This document shows positions 29,833-40,752 of a DNA stretch of 64,000 nt, in pieces; positions within the stretch are counted from its first letter, which is position 1; the number at the start of each line of letters is the position of its first letter. The stretch is from Patescibacteria group bacterium (GTDB lineage Bacteria > Patescibacteriota > Kazan-3B-28 > UBA10110). The notes beneath the pieces are model-generated. The model worked only from the letters and a program-made list of their open reading frames with translations, had not been told where the DNA came from and did not search any database. The stretch lies in NCBI GenBank assembly GCA_016936175.1, contig JAFGPN010000016.1:1648-65647 (forward strand), read 5' to 3'. The position numbers were made by a program, and so were the translations under genes.

Positions 29833-31608
29833 ATGAAAAAAATTCGCGAACAAAAAAGTCAACGTAGCGGCAAGGGTCGTAACCGCCCTCCCCAGCGTCA
29901 CAAAAAATATACCCCCCCACGGCGCGGAGTCAGCCCAGGGCCAGCCGCTAAGCTGGCGTTAAAGGTAATGCCTTTGGGCGGATTTGGCGAGATCGGTAAA
30001 AATATGACCCTGCTCGAATACGGCGATGATCTCATCGCCATCGATTGCGGCATGATGTTTCCCGATGAGACGATGCTTGGTATCGATTACGTTATCCCCG
30101 ATGCCACTTATCTACGCAAGAACAAGTCTAAGTTTAGAGGCATTATCATTACTCATGGGCACGAAGACCACATCGGGGCTATCCCTCACATCGTGCCGGA
30201 GTTAAGCGTGCCGGTGTACGCCAGCCCATTAGCCAAGGCCCTAATCGAGGCCCGATTGGGTGAGTACAAAGGCACCAAGCACGTTAAGATTAATGCCTAC
30301 CAGCCAGACGACGAGATTCGTTTAGGCGTGTTTAAAATTAAGTTCTTTAGGGTAAACCACAGCATACCCGATAGTTTCGGCATCATCATCGATACTCCCG
30401 AAGGAGTGGTGGTGCATACCGGTGACTTCAAGATCGATCTTACATCGCCAGATGGTTTCGTTACCGATCTGCCGAAATTGGCCGAGATTGGCCGCCGTAA
30501 ACCCCTGCTATTATTATCCGAAAGCACCAACGCCGAAACCCCCGGATACACCATCTCGGAGAAAGCCATCGGTGCCAGCTTTGACGAACTATTCGCCAAG
30601 GCCCCCGGCCGTATCATCATCGCCTCGTTTGCTTCCCGTATTGATCGGATGCAACACGCTTTCAATTCGGCGATTAAATTTGGGCGCAAAGTGGCCATCT
30701 CTGGTCGTTCGATGCAGCAATATTTTGAGGCCGCCTCAAAGTTGGGCTACATTAAATATCCCAGAGAGATTTTAGTGCCCCTTAATACTATTAGCAAAGT
30801 CCCCGATTCTAAGTTGGTAGTTTTAAGCACTGGTAGCCAGGGTCAGCAAGGTTCGTCGTTGGCTCGGATGGCTTTTAGGGAGCATACCCAGGTTAAGATC
30901 AAGCCGGGCGATACCGTGGTGCTCTCGTCCTCTCCTATCCCTGGCAACGAGCGGTCTATCTCTGCCATTATTAATAACCTGTGTCGCGAGGGTGCGGAGG
31001 TTATTCACAACAAGAATATGCAGATACACGTTACTGGCCACGCTTTTCAAGAAGAGCTTAAGACCATCTTAAGTTTGGTAAAGCCCCGCTACTTTATCCC
31101 AATCCACGGTGAGTACCATATGCGGGTAGCTCATAAAAAATTAGCCCGCGGTGTAGGTATCCCCGAACCCGATATCTTTTTGCTGGAGAACGGTGACATC
31201 GTAGAGTTTAACGAAGGCAAGGCTCGTAAACTTAAGGATACAGTTCCGGCCGGTATTGTGATGGTTGATGGCTTAGGTGTGGGTGATGTCGGTGAGATTG
31301 TGCTACGCGATAGACAGGCGATGGCCAAGGAAGGGATGTTCGTTATTATTGCCACCATCGAACGCAAGAGCGGCAAGCTCGTCAACAATCCCGACTTAAT
31401 CTCGCGAGGTTTTGTCTATATGCGCGAGCAAGAAGAACTGGTCAACCGGACCCGGATGGAGGTTAAACAGATTATTGGCCGACACAGCGGCAAAGCACCA
31501 GAGGATTGGAGTAATATTCGCCAGCAGATTCGAGAAGAGATTGGCAACTTCTTATACAGGGAGACCCAAAGGAGACCCCTGATCATCCCCGTCATCATCG
31601 AAGTCTAA
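29833..31608 (+). CDS. rnj: Ribonuclease J
   Basis: LGGFGEIGKN, THGHEDHIG, HSIPD, HTGDFK, HVTGH, PIHGE. Confidence 0.97.
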   Translation: MKKIREQKSQRSGKGRNRPPQRHKKYTPPRRGVSPGPAAKLALKVMPLGGFGEIGKNMTLLEYGDDLIAIDCGMMFPDETMLGIDYVIPDATYLRKNKSKFRGIIITHGHEDHIGAIPHIVPELSVPVYASPLAKALIEARLGEYKGTKHVKINAYQPDDEIRLGVFKIKFFRVNHSIPDSFGIIIDTPEGVVVHTGDFKIDLTSPDGFVTDLPKLAEIGRRKPLLLLSESTNAETPGYTISEKAIGASFDELFAKAPGRIIIASFASRIDRMQHAFNSAIKFGRKVAISGRSMQQYFEAASKLGYIKYPREILVPLNTISKVPDSKLVVLSTGSQGQQGSSLARMAFREHTQVKIKPGDTVVLSSSPIPGNERSISAIINNLCREGAEVIHNKNMQIHVTGHAFQEELKTILSLVKPRYFIPIHGEYHMRVAHKKLARGVGIPEPDIFLLENGDIVEFNEGKARKLKDTVPAGIVMVDGLGVGDVGEIVLRDRQAMAKEGMFVIIATIERKSGKLVNNPDLISRGFVYMREQEELVNRTRMEVKQIIGRHSGKAPEDWSNIRQQIREEIGNFLYRETQRRPLIIPVIIEV

Positions 31609-31714
31609 ATAAAAGTCCCAGCCAAACAGGTCAGCACGGGGGGCCAGAACTGTGATCTAATAAAAAGGCGGACTTTCGTCCACCCGTTGCTACCAACCAG
31701 CACTTTTTAATTAA

Positions 31715-33850
31715 TCAAGATTCCAGGAAAGCACCTAGTTCTGCCATCTGTAGGGCTGTTTCATGCCTCAGTTCAAAAACTTTTTCTTGCAGGTCAAAGA
31801 AATCTTTAATCCTCTTTATATTCTCCACATCCCCTACATTGTCAGGGTTGGTAATCTCGGATGCCAGTTGCTCCAGCTTTTTGCCGATTTCGCCATATGC
31901 ATGCGACATATTGTCGAGTTCTTCATAGGCGTCCATTGCCGAAGGGGGTATCTCGGCACCGGATTGGGCTATCTCCCCCATTTTTTGGTTAACAGCATGT
32001 TTTAATGTGCCTTCGGGTGGGGTTGCTCCGTCTGGCCACTGTCTTTGTAGCATAGCTGTCTGAATCTTGATTACATTTTGTTCAATGTCCACATCCTCTA
32101 CCTCAACCGCACCACCGCTAAGGTAGTATTCCAGCTTTAGCGCCTTAAGGTCTTTCCAAACCCCAATCTTATTATGTGTTAGCTCCTCTTCTTGATACGG
32201 GTGAGCATCTGCCAAATCTATCCCATGCGGCCGTTCATACATTCTGGCGATCTTGGCGAGCCCTTTGGCCCACCAATAAAGCGACCATGCTCGCTGTATT
32301 TTCCCCTCTCTGTTCATTAGAACATCAACAGGTATTTTCCCGACGTTTTCCACCTGTCTCTCAATCCGATCACGGTCTTCCTTTGGTTTTTTGTCCACAG
32401 CATGCTGTGCAATTTCTTTGAATATACCTACATCTTCAAGTCGAATTGGCTGGAATACCCAATCCATCAACATTGGAGATTTTTTGTCTCGTAGTACCGA
32501 CAATGCCATCGCCCCCGCCCTTCGGGAAGTTGCTCGTAATGATTCAGCGTAGGCTACATCGTTAGACCTGATTTCTGTAAAGGTTTTGGATAGGTACATC
32601 GCTTCGTCCATGTAGCGCCGCTCCAACCTATCCAACTTGGCGTGAGCGGTTGCCATGTTTTTAGCTAACGTTACTTTGGATTGGTATTTTAGCTCACCCT
32701 CGGGAGTTCCCTGCTTCTTCAACTCGGCTGTTATTTTATTTAAATCTGTTTCAATGCCTCCCAGAATCCCTCCATACTTCCCATCGGGGCTACCATTAAG
32801 CTCCGTCTGGTACATCAGCTCCCATGCCTTGTTGTAATGTTTGGTTAATTTGCGGTTAGCAAAATTAGCTTGTGGCCTAAATGTTTTTAAGATTATTCGC
32901 AATCGCTCAGCCGGCTCTAGGCGATATTTAGCCTCCATCCTTTCTTCGGGGGACAGCTCGGCCAATTTCTTTCTGAGAGTTTCTACCTCGGCCTCGACTT
33001 GGTCTTCTCGGCGTTGGTGCTGTTCGCTGGTCTCCTGCGATAGGTCCGGTTTGTATCCCTGTGGGCCGATGACGAGGGTGTTAGTTATTTTAAACCAGCT
33101 CTCCTCAGTTCCATTCAGATAGCCTATTAATTCGTCTCGGGAGATCTCTCTAAGTCCCGGGTGTTTATCGGTTGGTTGCATGTGAGTGTCGCGTACCAGA
33201 ATCTTTTTTTCTCCAGTGTCGGGGTCGGTAGCGGCATGGATTAATAATGCGTGTCTAATCACTTTGCCAGTGGTTTTTTGTTTAAAACTTATGGATACTA
33301 TTAGGCCAAATCCGCGATCAAGAAAATCTAACGCCTCTTCGGTGCTCTCGGTCTGTTTAGCAAAGTGGCGATTATCCTCTAATAACTGTTGCGCTCCCCG
33401 AGGGTTGATGCCCTTACTCTCGTCAAAGCCATGACGTGTCGCCATGTCTCTCAATGTTTCCTCAACTAACTTCACCCCATCATCTGTGTCCAAGCCCTTA
33501 ACCCCAAAGATATATTTCTTGGCATTAAGCAGACAAGCGATGACGCAACTATTCGGATGGCGCTGTTTTTCGGTAGCGCCAAAACGTTCCTCTAATGTAC
33601 GTTCTGGATTTGGTTTGACCTCTGGGGTAGCTGCTCTCTGAGCTGGTCTGGGTGGGGCTGGCTGTGGGTTTCTGGCGGCTTCGTCCACCGAACGCAGACC
33701 CAATTCGTTTAAAACCTCGTCTCGGGTTAGACCTAGGATAGGCGGCTCAGGCTGAGTTGGTTTTTTGGAGGTAGGTGTCGTTGGTTCTCCAAACACTGGC
33801 TGGAGGCCCAGCTCGCTTAAAACATCATTGGGGTCTAATGATTCGTTCAT
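31715..33850 (-). CDS. Hypothetical protein with putative papain-like/C39-like peptidase domain
   Basis: Q....SCVIACL...HALLI...VRD spacing after a Pro-rich N-terminus; helical C-terminus. Confidence 0.5.
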   Translation of the reverse strand: MNESLDPNDVLSELGLQPVFGEPTTPTSKKPTQPEPPILGLTRDEVLNELGLRSVDEAARNPQPAPPRPAQRAATPEVKPNPERTLEERFGATEKQRHPNSCVIACLLNAKKYIFGVKGLDTDDGVKLVEETLRDMATRHGFDESKGINPRGAQQLLEDNRHFAKQTESTEEALDFLDRGFGLIVSISFKQKTTGKVIRHALLIHAATDPDTGEKKILVRDTHMQPTDKHPGLREISRDELIGYLNGTEESWFKITNTLVIGPQGYKPDLSQETSEQHQRREDQVEAEVETLRKKLAELSPEERMEAKYRLEPAERLRIILKTFRPQANFANRKLTKHYNKAWELMYQTELNGSPDGKYGGILGGIETDLNKITAELKKQGTPEGELKYQSKVTLAKNMATAHAKLDRLERRYMDEAMYLSKTFTEIRSNDVAYAESLRATSRRAGAMALSVLRDKKSPMLMDWVFQPIRLEDVGIFKEIAQHAVDKKPKEDRDRIERQVENVGKIPVDVLMNREGKIQRAWSLYWWAKGLAKIARMYERPHGIDLADAHPYQEEELTHNKIGVWKDLKALKLEYYLSGGAVEVEDVDIEQNVIKIQTAMLQRQWPDGATPPEGTLKHAVNQKMGEIAQSGAEIPPSAMDAYEELDNMSHAYGEIGKKLEQLASEITNPDNVGDVENIKRIKDFFDLQEKVFELRHETALQMAELGAFLES

Positions 33851-35826
33851 TCTGAGGTTTTCTTATCAGCTTTATATATATAAATGCTGTTGCGGGCTAT
33901 TTGCCCTCCCTTAGTTTTTTGCCATTGTCGGAACTTTTCCATCATGCCAGCATCATGATAAGCAAAAGCTGTGATCGTTTGCACTCTGCCGGTCTCATCC
34001 AACCCCATTATCATCCTGCTTCTTATTCCTTCACTCATCAACATATCGGTCGGGTCGACCCCTCGCCGTTCTAGCTGGCCAATGATCGGTCTGCCATTAA
34101 CTGTTTTACGCTCATCAATAAAGATTTCACTTCCGCCTTCGGTAGGCTGAATGAAACCGGATTGCCTAAGATCTTTAATAACAGCGCGACACTTAGCTAT
34201 ATCATTCCGTAGGCGTTTTACGACTACTTCGGGTTTGTTAATTCCAATAACATCTCTGAGTTGTTCCATAGTAAATTGTCTGTCATGCTTTTTGCCGGTC
34301 AGCATCATTAGGCGCCTGAAGGGCTCGTTATATCCCTGTCCTGGCTCGTATCTCCCCCACCAATCAGTATCTCGAATGTTACCATCTTTATCGGTGGTCC
34401 GGGCCTGCATCAAACCGAAGGCGTTAGTCACGGTTTGTTCGATATCGAATTGGTTTGGGCTATCCGGACCCGGGTAATAGTTTTTATTATCCTGAGCGTC
34501 CACAAAGTCCACGAGGTGTTTTAGTCGTACACCCTCATTATTTTCTATTGCTTTGATGTAATCGGCTGGGGCTAGTTTATCTAACTCAGCCTCAGTTAGC
34601 TCGGGTCGTGGCAATGCGCCTATGGTAACCAGCCACTCATAAACCTTAGAGGTACCACATCCAGAATTGGGATTAGAGCCCTCGCCGTGGTGCTCAAAAT
34701 AAATTCTCCCGTAGTTGGTAATTTTTTCACCTGTATCGTGCCTGGATATTCTCGATATTAGGCTATCCCGATGTGGCTGACCGGATTCTATCAAGGCAGG
34801 ATTTTTCGACTCCTCGGAAATGTCGATTACTATCCCAATCCGATCGTTCTCTTCTAAAAATTTGTATACGTCATCGTGGCCCACGTGATGCACTGGGGTA
34901 TCATCACCGATAATATTAGCTCGTTCTAATAGATGGAGTGCCATGTTACCATCTAAATCCGAATACTCTCCAATCAACTTTTTGGTTTTTGGATCCCTAC
35001 GTTCCCCTACCTTTTGAACCACTACTCCCCGTTCAGCCATTTGCTTAAGCTTTTCTAAAGCCAAGGCACGAGTTGCCTCCCATGGAATAGGAGTTGGCTC
35101 CCTCGAAGTGTCGGGGTCTCTTAAAGGAGTAACCACATGGCTATAAAAGAAATCACGCAGAGCCTCACCCTCGGGCTTTTGGGATACATATTCTTCGATT
35201 AAGCTAACCTGTTGGGTTAGCTTCTTCTCTTCCCCGTTGTCCTGCCTTAAATTAGCGCTAAACCAGCTCAAGATCTGGCGCTCTTCTTTGGACAACTCCT
35301 CTAGTGTGGAGATGGGCTTTCCCGATAGCTCGCCGGTTTTGCCTCGGCTATCTATCCTTTTTAGTTTAATAATTTGGTCGTACGCCAACTTGGCTAACTT
35401 TTCATCGGAGAGAGGTTGTTCGGCGGCAGTCTTATCGTTGCCTTGTTCTCTACTCTGTCGGATATCGACAAGTGGTATCAAAATATTATTGTTAAAGAAA
35501 TCTGCTAACTCCTTGCCGCCCCCTATTCCCTCGATTCTCATGTAGGCGTCCACTTTTGTCGCCCTGTCGCTCAGCTTTTCTCCTTCACCCAGTTGACCAT
35601 CAAACCAACCGAGTATCTCATCTTTCTCGGCATTGATGGCCTGTTGGGCCTCCGGTGTCATTGTGTTGCGGACTTGTGGTGGAGTTTCATATATCTGTTT
35701 TAATCTAGCGGCTTTCTCATTGGCCAATTCAATTAATTGGCCAACAGGTAACTCACCTTCTAGGGAAGATGGCGGGATTCCGGGGGTGGTTTCCGGCGGT
35801 AAATTGGTCGGATTTTCTAACGTCAT
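33847..35826 (-). CDS. Hypothetical protein with duplicated N-terminal domain and divergent DHH-like domain
   Basis: SDLDG, VIDI, FEHH, CGTS.VY, LVDFVD.QD motifs in DHH order. Confidence 0.55.
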   Translation of the reverse strand: MTLENPTNLPPETTPGIPPSSLEGELPVGQLIELANEKAARLKQIYETPPQVRNTMTPEAQQAINAEKDEILGWFDGQLGEGEKLSDRATKVDAYMRIEGIGGGKELADFFNNNILIPLVDIRQSREQGNDKTAAEQPLSDEKLAKLAYDQIIKLKRIDSRGKTGELSGKPISTLEELSKEERQILSWFSANLRQDNGEEKKLTQQVSLIEEYVSQKPEGEALRDFFYSHVVTPLRDPDTSREPTPIPWEATRALALEKLKQMAERGVVVQKVGERRDPKTKKLIGEYSDLDGNMALHLLERANIIGDDTPVHHVGHDDVYKFLEENDRIGIVIDISEESKNPALIESGQPHRDSLISRISRHDTGEKITNYGRIYFEHHGEGSNPNSGCGTSKVYEWLVTIGALPRPELTEAELDKLAPADYIKAIENNEGVRLKHLVDFVDAQDNKNYYPGPDSPNQFDIEQTVTNAFGLMQARTTDKDGNIRDTDWWGRYEPGQGYNEPFRRLMMLTGKKHDRQFTMEQLRDVIGINKPEVVVKRLRNDIAKCRAVIKDLRQSGFIQPTEGGSEIFIDERKTVNGRPIIGQLERRGVDPTDMLMSEGIRSRMIMGLDETGRVQTITAFAYHDAGMMEKFRQWQKTKGGQIARNSIYIYKADKKTSE

Positions 35827-35848
35827 AAGGCAATTTTAGCTTCTTTTC

Positions 35849-35877
35849 ATTATACCATAACCAATCAATTTAGTCAA
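35849..35877 (-). promoter_or_regulatory. Near-consensus promoter for the orphan operon
   Basis: TTGACT-N17-TATAAT with TG extended -10. Confidence 0.7.
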
Positions 35878-35964
35878 TACCAGAGCGGATTTTTGCCATT
35901 TTACAGGGGGAAATGCCCCCCGTGATATAATTAACCTGTTGCATAATAGATTTTTACCGATTAA

Positions 35965-38154
35965 ATGGCCAGAAAAAAACGGAGGCGTCAGTATAAATAC
36001 CGCTCCTATCAAACATCTAAGTGGGTCGAGGGCTTAAACCTTGATTTAGAATTGGAGCCGCATATTGTCAGAGAAATAGTAGCGATATTATTGTTTGCTT
36101 TAGGTATCTTTGTATTGCTATCGATCTTGGGCGCTGCTGGTGGAGTAGGGAGTGTATTTTATGGCGGTCTGCGGATGGGGTTGGGCTGGACCAGCTTTGT
36201 TTTACCGGCTCTGTTAGTTGGTTCCGGCGTTGCTCTGTTTTACCCGGTTAAATATAAATTTACGGCCACCAATATAGTTGGCCTTGTTTTATTAGTTCTA
36301 TCTATCTCGACTCTGCTTCATTTATTTATCTCTCCAGATGTCGGAGTGGAGGCCGCTTACCAAGGCGCTGGCGGTGGCTACATCGGCCTGGTTGTCGCTT
36401 TGGCCTTAGTGGGGATGGTAGATCTTTGGGCGTCACTGCTAATTGTTAGCGTGGCGTTGATTATCTCGTTGCTGTTTGTGTTTGGACAGCCGTTGCGAGA
36501 GCTTTACTACAAGATGAAGTTTCGTTTGCCCTCTATGCCAAAGCTTCCGCAAGTGGTGATTAATGATGCCAACGGTAACGGCTACGAAGAAGATGAAGAT
36601 GAGGATGAGGTAGAATCAGACAAGCGCAGGGGCAAGGCATCAGCTGACGAAGAAGATGAGGACGACTCCGAAGCTAAGCCAAAAAAGAAAGCCACCCGTG
36701 ATGTTGAGTTTGTTCCGCGTGAGATTGCGCCCTCTGGCGATTACTCCGCTCCCCCACTCGATTTGCTGAGTGATGTGGTAACCAAAGTAGATAGCGGCAA
36801 CATTCGTCAAAACATTACTACCATTCAGGAGACCTTGGAGGATTTTGGGGTCGAGGTGGAGATGTCCGAGGTTAACGTTGGCCCAACGGTAACGCAATAC
36901 ACTCTCAAGCCAGCGGCTGGCGTACGGCTATCTCGGATTAGCAATCTCTCTAATGATTTGTCGTTGGCGTTGGCGGCCCATCCAATTAGAATCGAAGCGC
37001 CAATCCCAGGAAGATCGCTGGTGGGCGTCGAAGTGCCCAATCGCAAAACTTCACTAGTGCGTCTCAGGGAGATTATGGAATCGGATGCATTTAAAGCCAT
37101 CAACTCCCAGCTTCGGATGCCGCTTGGTCGTGATGTGGCAGGCAACCCTATCGCCGCCGATCTTGTTCGGATGCCTCATCTACTTATCGCCGGTGCCACC
37201 GGGATGGGTAAAAGTGTTTTTCTAAACGGTTTGTTAATCAGTTTGATTTATCAGAACTCGCCCAGTGACCTAAGGTTGATATTAGTCGACCCCAAACGAG
37301 TGGAGTTTACCGCCTATAACGATATTCCTCACCTATTAGCACCGGTAATTGTTGATCCGTATAAAACTATTAATGCGCTTAAGTGGATGGTAGCCGAGAT
37401 GGAGCGTCGATATCGATTATTTGCTGATCACAAGGTGCGGTTTATTGATGCATTCAACAAAGCCAACCCCGATTCGAAGATGGCTAATATTGTATTAGTA
37501 ATCGACGAGTTAGCCGATTTGATGGCCGTCTCAGCTCGCGAAGTAGAAGCCTACATCTGCCGCTTGGCGCAGATGGCCCGTGCTGTCGGAATTCATTTGG
37601 TTTTGGCTACCCAGCGCCCTTCGGTGGATGTCATCACCGGATTAATTAAAGCTAACTTCCCTTCACGACTGGCTTTTGCTGTAACCTCCGGCACCGATTC
37701 GCGCACTATTTTAGATACGGTTGGTGCTGATAAGTTGTTAGGCAATGGGGATATGCTGTTCTTACCTTCGGACGCCAGCAAACCTCGACGCATCCAGGGC
37801 GTTTATGTTGGTGACAAAGAGATTAAAACTATCACCGATTTTGTTAAAACCCAATCCCCTGTCTACGTCGAAGAGTTAATCGCTGAAACTAAGGATACGG
37901 GTGGCGCCAGCGTTGAGGGGGGCGACGATTTATTGAAAGAAGCGACCGATTTAGTAGTACGCACTGGCAAGGCCTCGGCTTCATACCTGCAACGCCGCTT
38001 TAGAATCGGTTATGCCAGAGCCGCCCGATTGCTCGATCTATTAGAGGCGGGCGGAGTAGTCGGTCCTGGCGAGGGAGCCAAGCCCCGTGAGATCTTAATG
38101 AGTAAATCGGATTTGCCAGGTGGCGCTGACGAGGATTTTGAAGACGAGGATTAG
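35965..38154 (+). CDS. ftsK: DNA translocase FtsK/SpoIIIE
   Basis: 4TM N-terminus, PHLLIAGATG.GKS, IDELADLM, ATQRPSVDV, gamma domain LQRR.RIGY.RAARL. Confidence 0.97.
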   Translation: MARKKRRRQYKYRSYQTSKWVEGLNLDLELEPHIVREIVAILLFALGIFVLLSILGAAGGVGSVFYGGLRMGLGWTSFVLPALLVGSGVALFYPVKYKFTATNIVGLVLLVLSISTLLHLFISPDVGVEAAYQGAGGGYIGLVVALALVGMVDLWASLLIVSVALIISLLFVFGQPLRELYYKMKFRLPSMPKLPQVVINDANGNGYEEDEDEDEVESDKRRGKASADEEDEDDSEAKPKKKATRDVEFVPREIAPSGDYSAPPLDLLSDVVTKVDSGNIRQNITTIQETLEDFGVEVEMSEVNVGPTVTQYTLKPAAGVRLSRISNLSNDLSLALAAHPIRIEAPIPGRSLVGVEVPNRKTSLVRLREIMESDAFKAINSQLRMPLGRDVAGNPIAADLVRMPHLLIAGATGMGKSVFLNGLLISLIYQNSPSDLRLILVDPKRVEFTAYNDIPHLLAPVIVDPYKTINALKWMVAEMERRYRLFADHKVRFIDAFNKANPDSKMANIVLVIDELADLMAVSAREVEAYICRLAQMARAVGIHLVLATQRPSVDVITGLIKANFPSRLAFAVTSGTDSRTILDTVGADKLLGNGDMLFLPSDASKPRRIQGVYVGDKEIKTITDFVKTQSPVYVEELIAETKDTGGASVEGGDDLLKEATDLVVRTGKASASYLQRRFRIGYARAARLLDLLEAGGVVGPGEGAKPREILMSKSDLPGGADEDFEDED

Positions 38155-38156
38155 TT

Positions 38157-38651
38157 ATGGCTGGCGAATATTCTTTTGATGTGGTTTCTAAGATTGACCA
38201 GCAAGAGCTGGCCAATGCTTTGGATCAGGCCAAGAGAGAGATAGTAGCCCGCTATGATTTTAAAAATGTACTAGCCGATATTAAAGTAGCCGAGGGGGTT
38301 CTAACCATTCATACTACCGACGAGTACAAACTTACAGCCATCTTAGACATTATCAAATCTAAGTTAGTGCGCCGGGGAGTTGATCTTAAGATTTTAGGCG
38401 AAGAAAAACGCGAGGACGCCAGTGGAGCAACCTTACGAGTAACGATTAAATTAATTGAAGGCATCTCTGCTGATTACGCCAAAACTATTAATAAATTAAT
38501 TCGCGATAAATTTCCTAAAATCAAATCTTCGATTCAAGGTGATGAACTGAGAGTAAGCAGTAAAAGCAAAGACGACCTCCAGGATGTAATGCAACTGCTC
38601 AAGAGCAGTCCGGAGGTAAAACTTCCTCTCCAATTTACCAACTATCGCTAA
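38157..38651 (+). CDS. yajQ: YajQ family nucleotide-binding protein
   Basis: SFDVVS, RYDFK, IQGDELRVS.K..DDLQ, LQF.NYR. Confidence 0.95.
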   Translation: MAGEYSFDVVSKIDQQELANALDQAKREIVARYDFKNVLADIKVAEGVLTIHTTDEYKLTAILDIIKSKLVRRGVDLKILGEEKREDASGATLRVTIKLIEGISADYAKTINKLIRDKFPKIKSSIQGDELRVSSKSKDDLQDVMQLLKSSPEVKLPLQFTNYR

Positions 38652-38662
38652 CCCTCCACATC

Positions 38663-38722
38663 CGTCATCCCAGACCGGATTGTTCTGCTGGATAGCGGAA
38701 CAGATCAGGCTCCGGGATCCAG
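38663..38722. repeat. CGTCATCCC...GGGATCCAG palindromic element upstream of recA
   Basis: Outer ATCCC/GGGAT and inner TGTTC-TGCT..AGCG-GAACA stems; ends resemble the 49.4 kb element. Confidence 0.65.
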
Positions 38723-38798
38723 AAAGAAAAACAAAACAGCGTTCAGAAATTTCTATACAAAAAACGAGCGCCTCCGCATATGTTAAAATATACTTATT

Positions 38799-39794
38799 AT
38801 GACTACTAAAGCTCCGGTTAAATCCCCTACCAGTCCACTTGCCGATACTTTAAGTGAATTAGAAAAACGTTACGGCAAGGGTGCAATTATGCGGTTGGGC
38901 GATGCTCAACACGTTGAGGTGGAGTCTGTTCCAACTGGTTCGCTGACTTTGGATATGGCGTTGGGCGTCGGTGGGGTGCCAAAGGGAAGGGTGGTCGAGA
39001 TCTTCGGCCCAGAATCATCCGGCAAAACCACTCTGGCGTTACATATTATCGCGGAGGCGCAGAAACGAGGCGAAGCGGCCGCTTTTATTGATGCCGAACA
39101 TGCCTTGGATCCGGACTATGCCAAAAGAATTGGGGTTGATACTAAAAACCTACTTATCTCCCAGCCCGATACCGGTGAGCAAGCGCTTGAGATTGTCGAG
39201 GCCTTGGTCCGCTCTAACTCGGTTGGAGTGGTGGTAATAGATTCGGTGGCGGCGTTAGTCCCCCGGGCTGAGTTAGAAGGCGAGATGGGAGATTCTCATA
39301 TGGGCCTGCAGGCGCGATTGATGAGCCAGGCTATGCGCAAGATTACCGCTTATGTTAGCCGTTCGCGGACTACCGTTATTTTTATTAACCAGTTGCGGAT
39401 GAAGATTGGCGTGATGTTTGGCAATCCAGAAACCACCACTGGTGGTAACGCCCTAAAGTATTATGCCTCGGTTCGGTTAGATATCCGGAGGATCGAAGCC
39501 ATTAAAGATGGCGAAAATAACATCGGCAATAAAGTTCGAGTAAAGGTAGTTAAAAACAAGGTAGCTCCTCCCTTCCGCCAAGCCGAGTTTGACCTGATGT
39601 TTAACGAAGGCATTTCTCACACTGGCGAGCTGGTAGATTTGGGTGTTCAGCGCGGCGTGGTCAATAAGTCGGGGGCTTGGTACGAATACGATGGCGAAAA
39701 AATTGCCCAAGGCCGCGAAGCTGCCAAGGAGTATCTAAAAAACAACCCAAAGGTCGCTGACCGAATCGAAAAGGCCATTCGAGCGATTGGCTAA
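38799..39794 (+). CDS. recA: Recombinase RecA
   Basis: [36 protein letters not shown]. Confidence 0.99.
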   Translation: MTTKAPVKSPTSPLADTLSELEKRYGKGAIMRLGDAQHVEVESVPTGSLTLDMALGVGGVPKGRVVEIFGPESSGKTTLALHIIAEAQKRGEAAAFIDAEHALDPDYAKRIGVDTKNLLISQPDTGEQALEIVEALVRSNSVGVVVIDSVAALVPRAELEGEMGDSHMGLQARLMSQAMRKITAYVSRSRTTVIFINQLRMKIGVMFGNPETTTGGNALKYYASVRLDIRRIEAIKDGENNIGNKVRVKVVKNKVAPPFRQAEFDLMFNEGISHTGELVDLGVQRGVVNKSGAWYEYDGEKIAQGREAAKEYLKNNPKVADRIEKAIRAIG

Positions 39795-39795
39795 A

Positions 39796-40752
39796 TTAAC
39801 CCACTTGAACCACGGTACCGTTCTCGGCCCAGTCGTATAATATGGGGGCCTCTTTAATGCCAACACGAATACAACCGTGTGACATCTTTTTGCCTAAGTG
39901 GGCGGCGTCTTCGTATAGCCAGCCATCCTCATAGTAGCGGCTACCAATATACTGGCCGTTCATGTTTTTATACTTAGCTGGATTAACCTTCCAGGCTGGA
40001 AGTTGATGAACGCCGTAACCCCTTATTTTATTACCGTTAGGCCCAGCCAAAGCCATCCAGTTTCCCATATATAGCTTGTACTCAGCCGAATATGCCCTGG
40101 CGGCATGATTAGCGATGGTGTAGGTTCCTTCGGGGGTATCATAGCCGGCCTTACCGGTTGATACGGGCATGCTCATCACAACAACATGATCTTCTATTGC
40201 CCAAAGATGTTGTTTGTCCAAAGAAACTCTAATCCGCTTCCCTTCTGCCCCAGCAGTCTGGGCAGACAGGTCTTCCCCTACTTGAATCAGCCAACTAATC
40301 GGTTTTCCTTCGGCCCAATTACCATCAATTGCCGGGCGAAAGGCTTCTTTAAATTTCGCTATCTCATTAATGCCCTGAACGGGAATCTTAAAAGTCACCT
40401 TTTCTAGGGGCTCAATAACAGACCTTTCGGTAGCTGGTTTGACTAACGATCCATTCTCCCATTCCGAAGTAGAAAATTCGCTTACCCGGCTGGCCGTACT
40501 ATCAAGATACACGGCGCCCAATCGAAGCTGAGATACCTCCCAACTCTCCTGTCCGATATTCCGCAGAGTTACCCTTAGCCAACCTGGCGCGCCAAAATCC
40601 AACCTAAGATTATCGCTCTGACCGAGTACTTGGTAAGCATAGGGAGCATCAACCTGCTCGATTGGCTCAAGAGCCAAGGCGTCATATACAAATAACCCGG
40701 CCACTAAACTGAAGCCGAGCCAAGTTACTCCAAGGGTTTTTAAAATTTTCAT
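39796..40752 (-). CDS. L,D-transpeptidase (YkuD) with N-terminal Ig-like domain and signal peptide
   Basis: VSTGK...TP.G, G.H, SHGCIR. Confidence 0.9.
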   Translation of the reverse strand: MKILKTLGVTWLGFSLVAGLFVYDALALEPIEQVDAPYAYQVLGQSDNLRLDFGAPGWLRVTLRNIGQESWEVSQLRLGAVYLDSTASRVSEFSTSEWENGSLVKPATERSVIEPLEKVTFKIPVQGINEIAKFKEAFRPAIDGNWAEGKPISWLIQVGEDLSAQTAGAEGKRIRVSLDKQHLWAIEDHVVVMSMPVSTGKAGYDTPEGTYTIANHAARAYSAEYKLYMGNWMALAGPNGNKIRGYGVHQLPAWKVNPAKYKNMNGQYIGSRYYEDGWLYEDAAHLGKKMSHGCIRVGIKEAPILYDWAENGTVVQVG

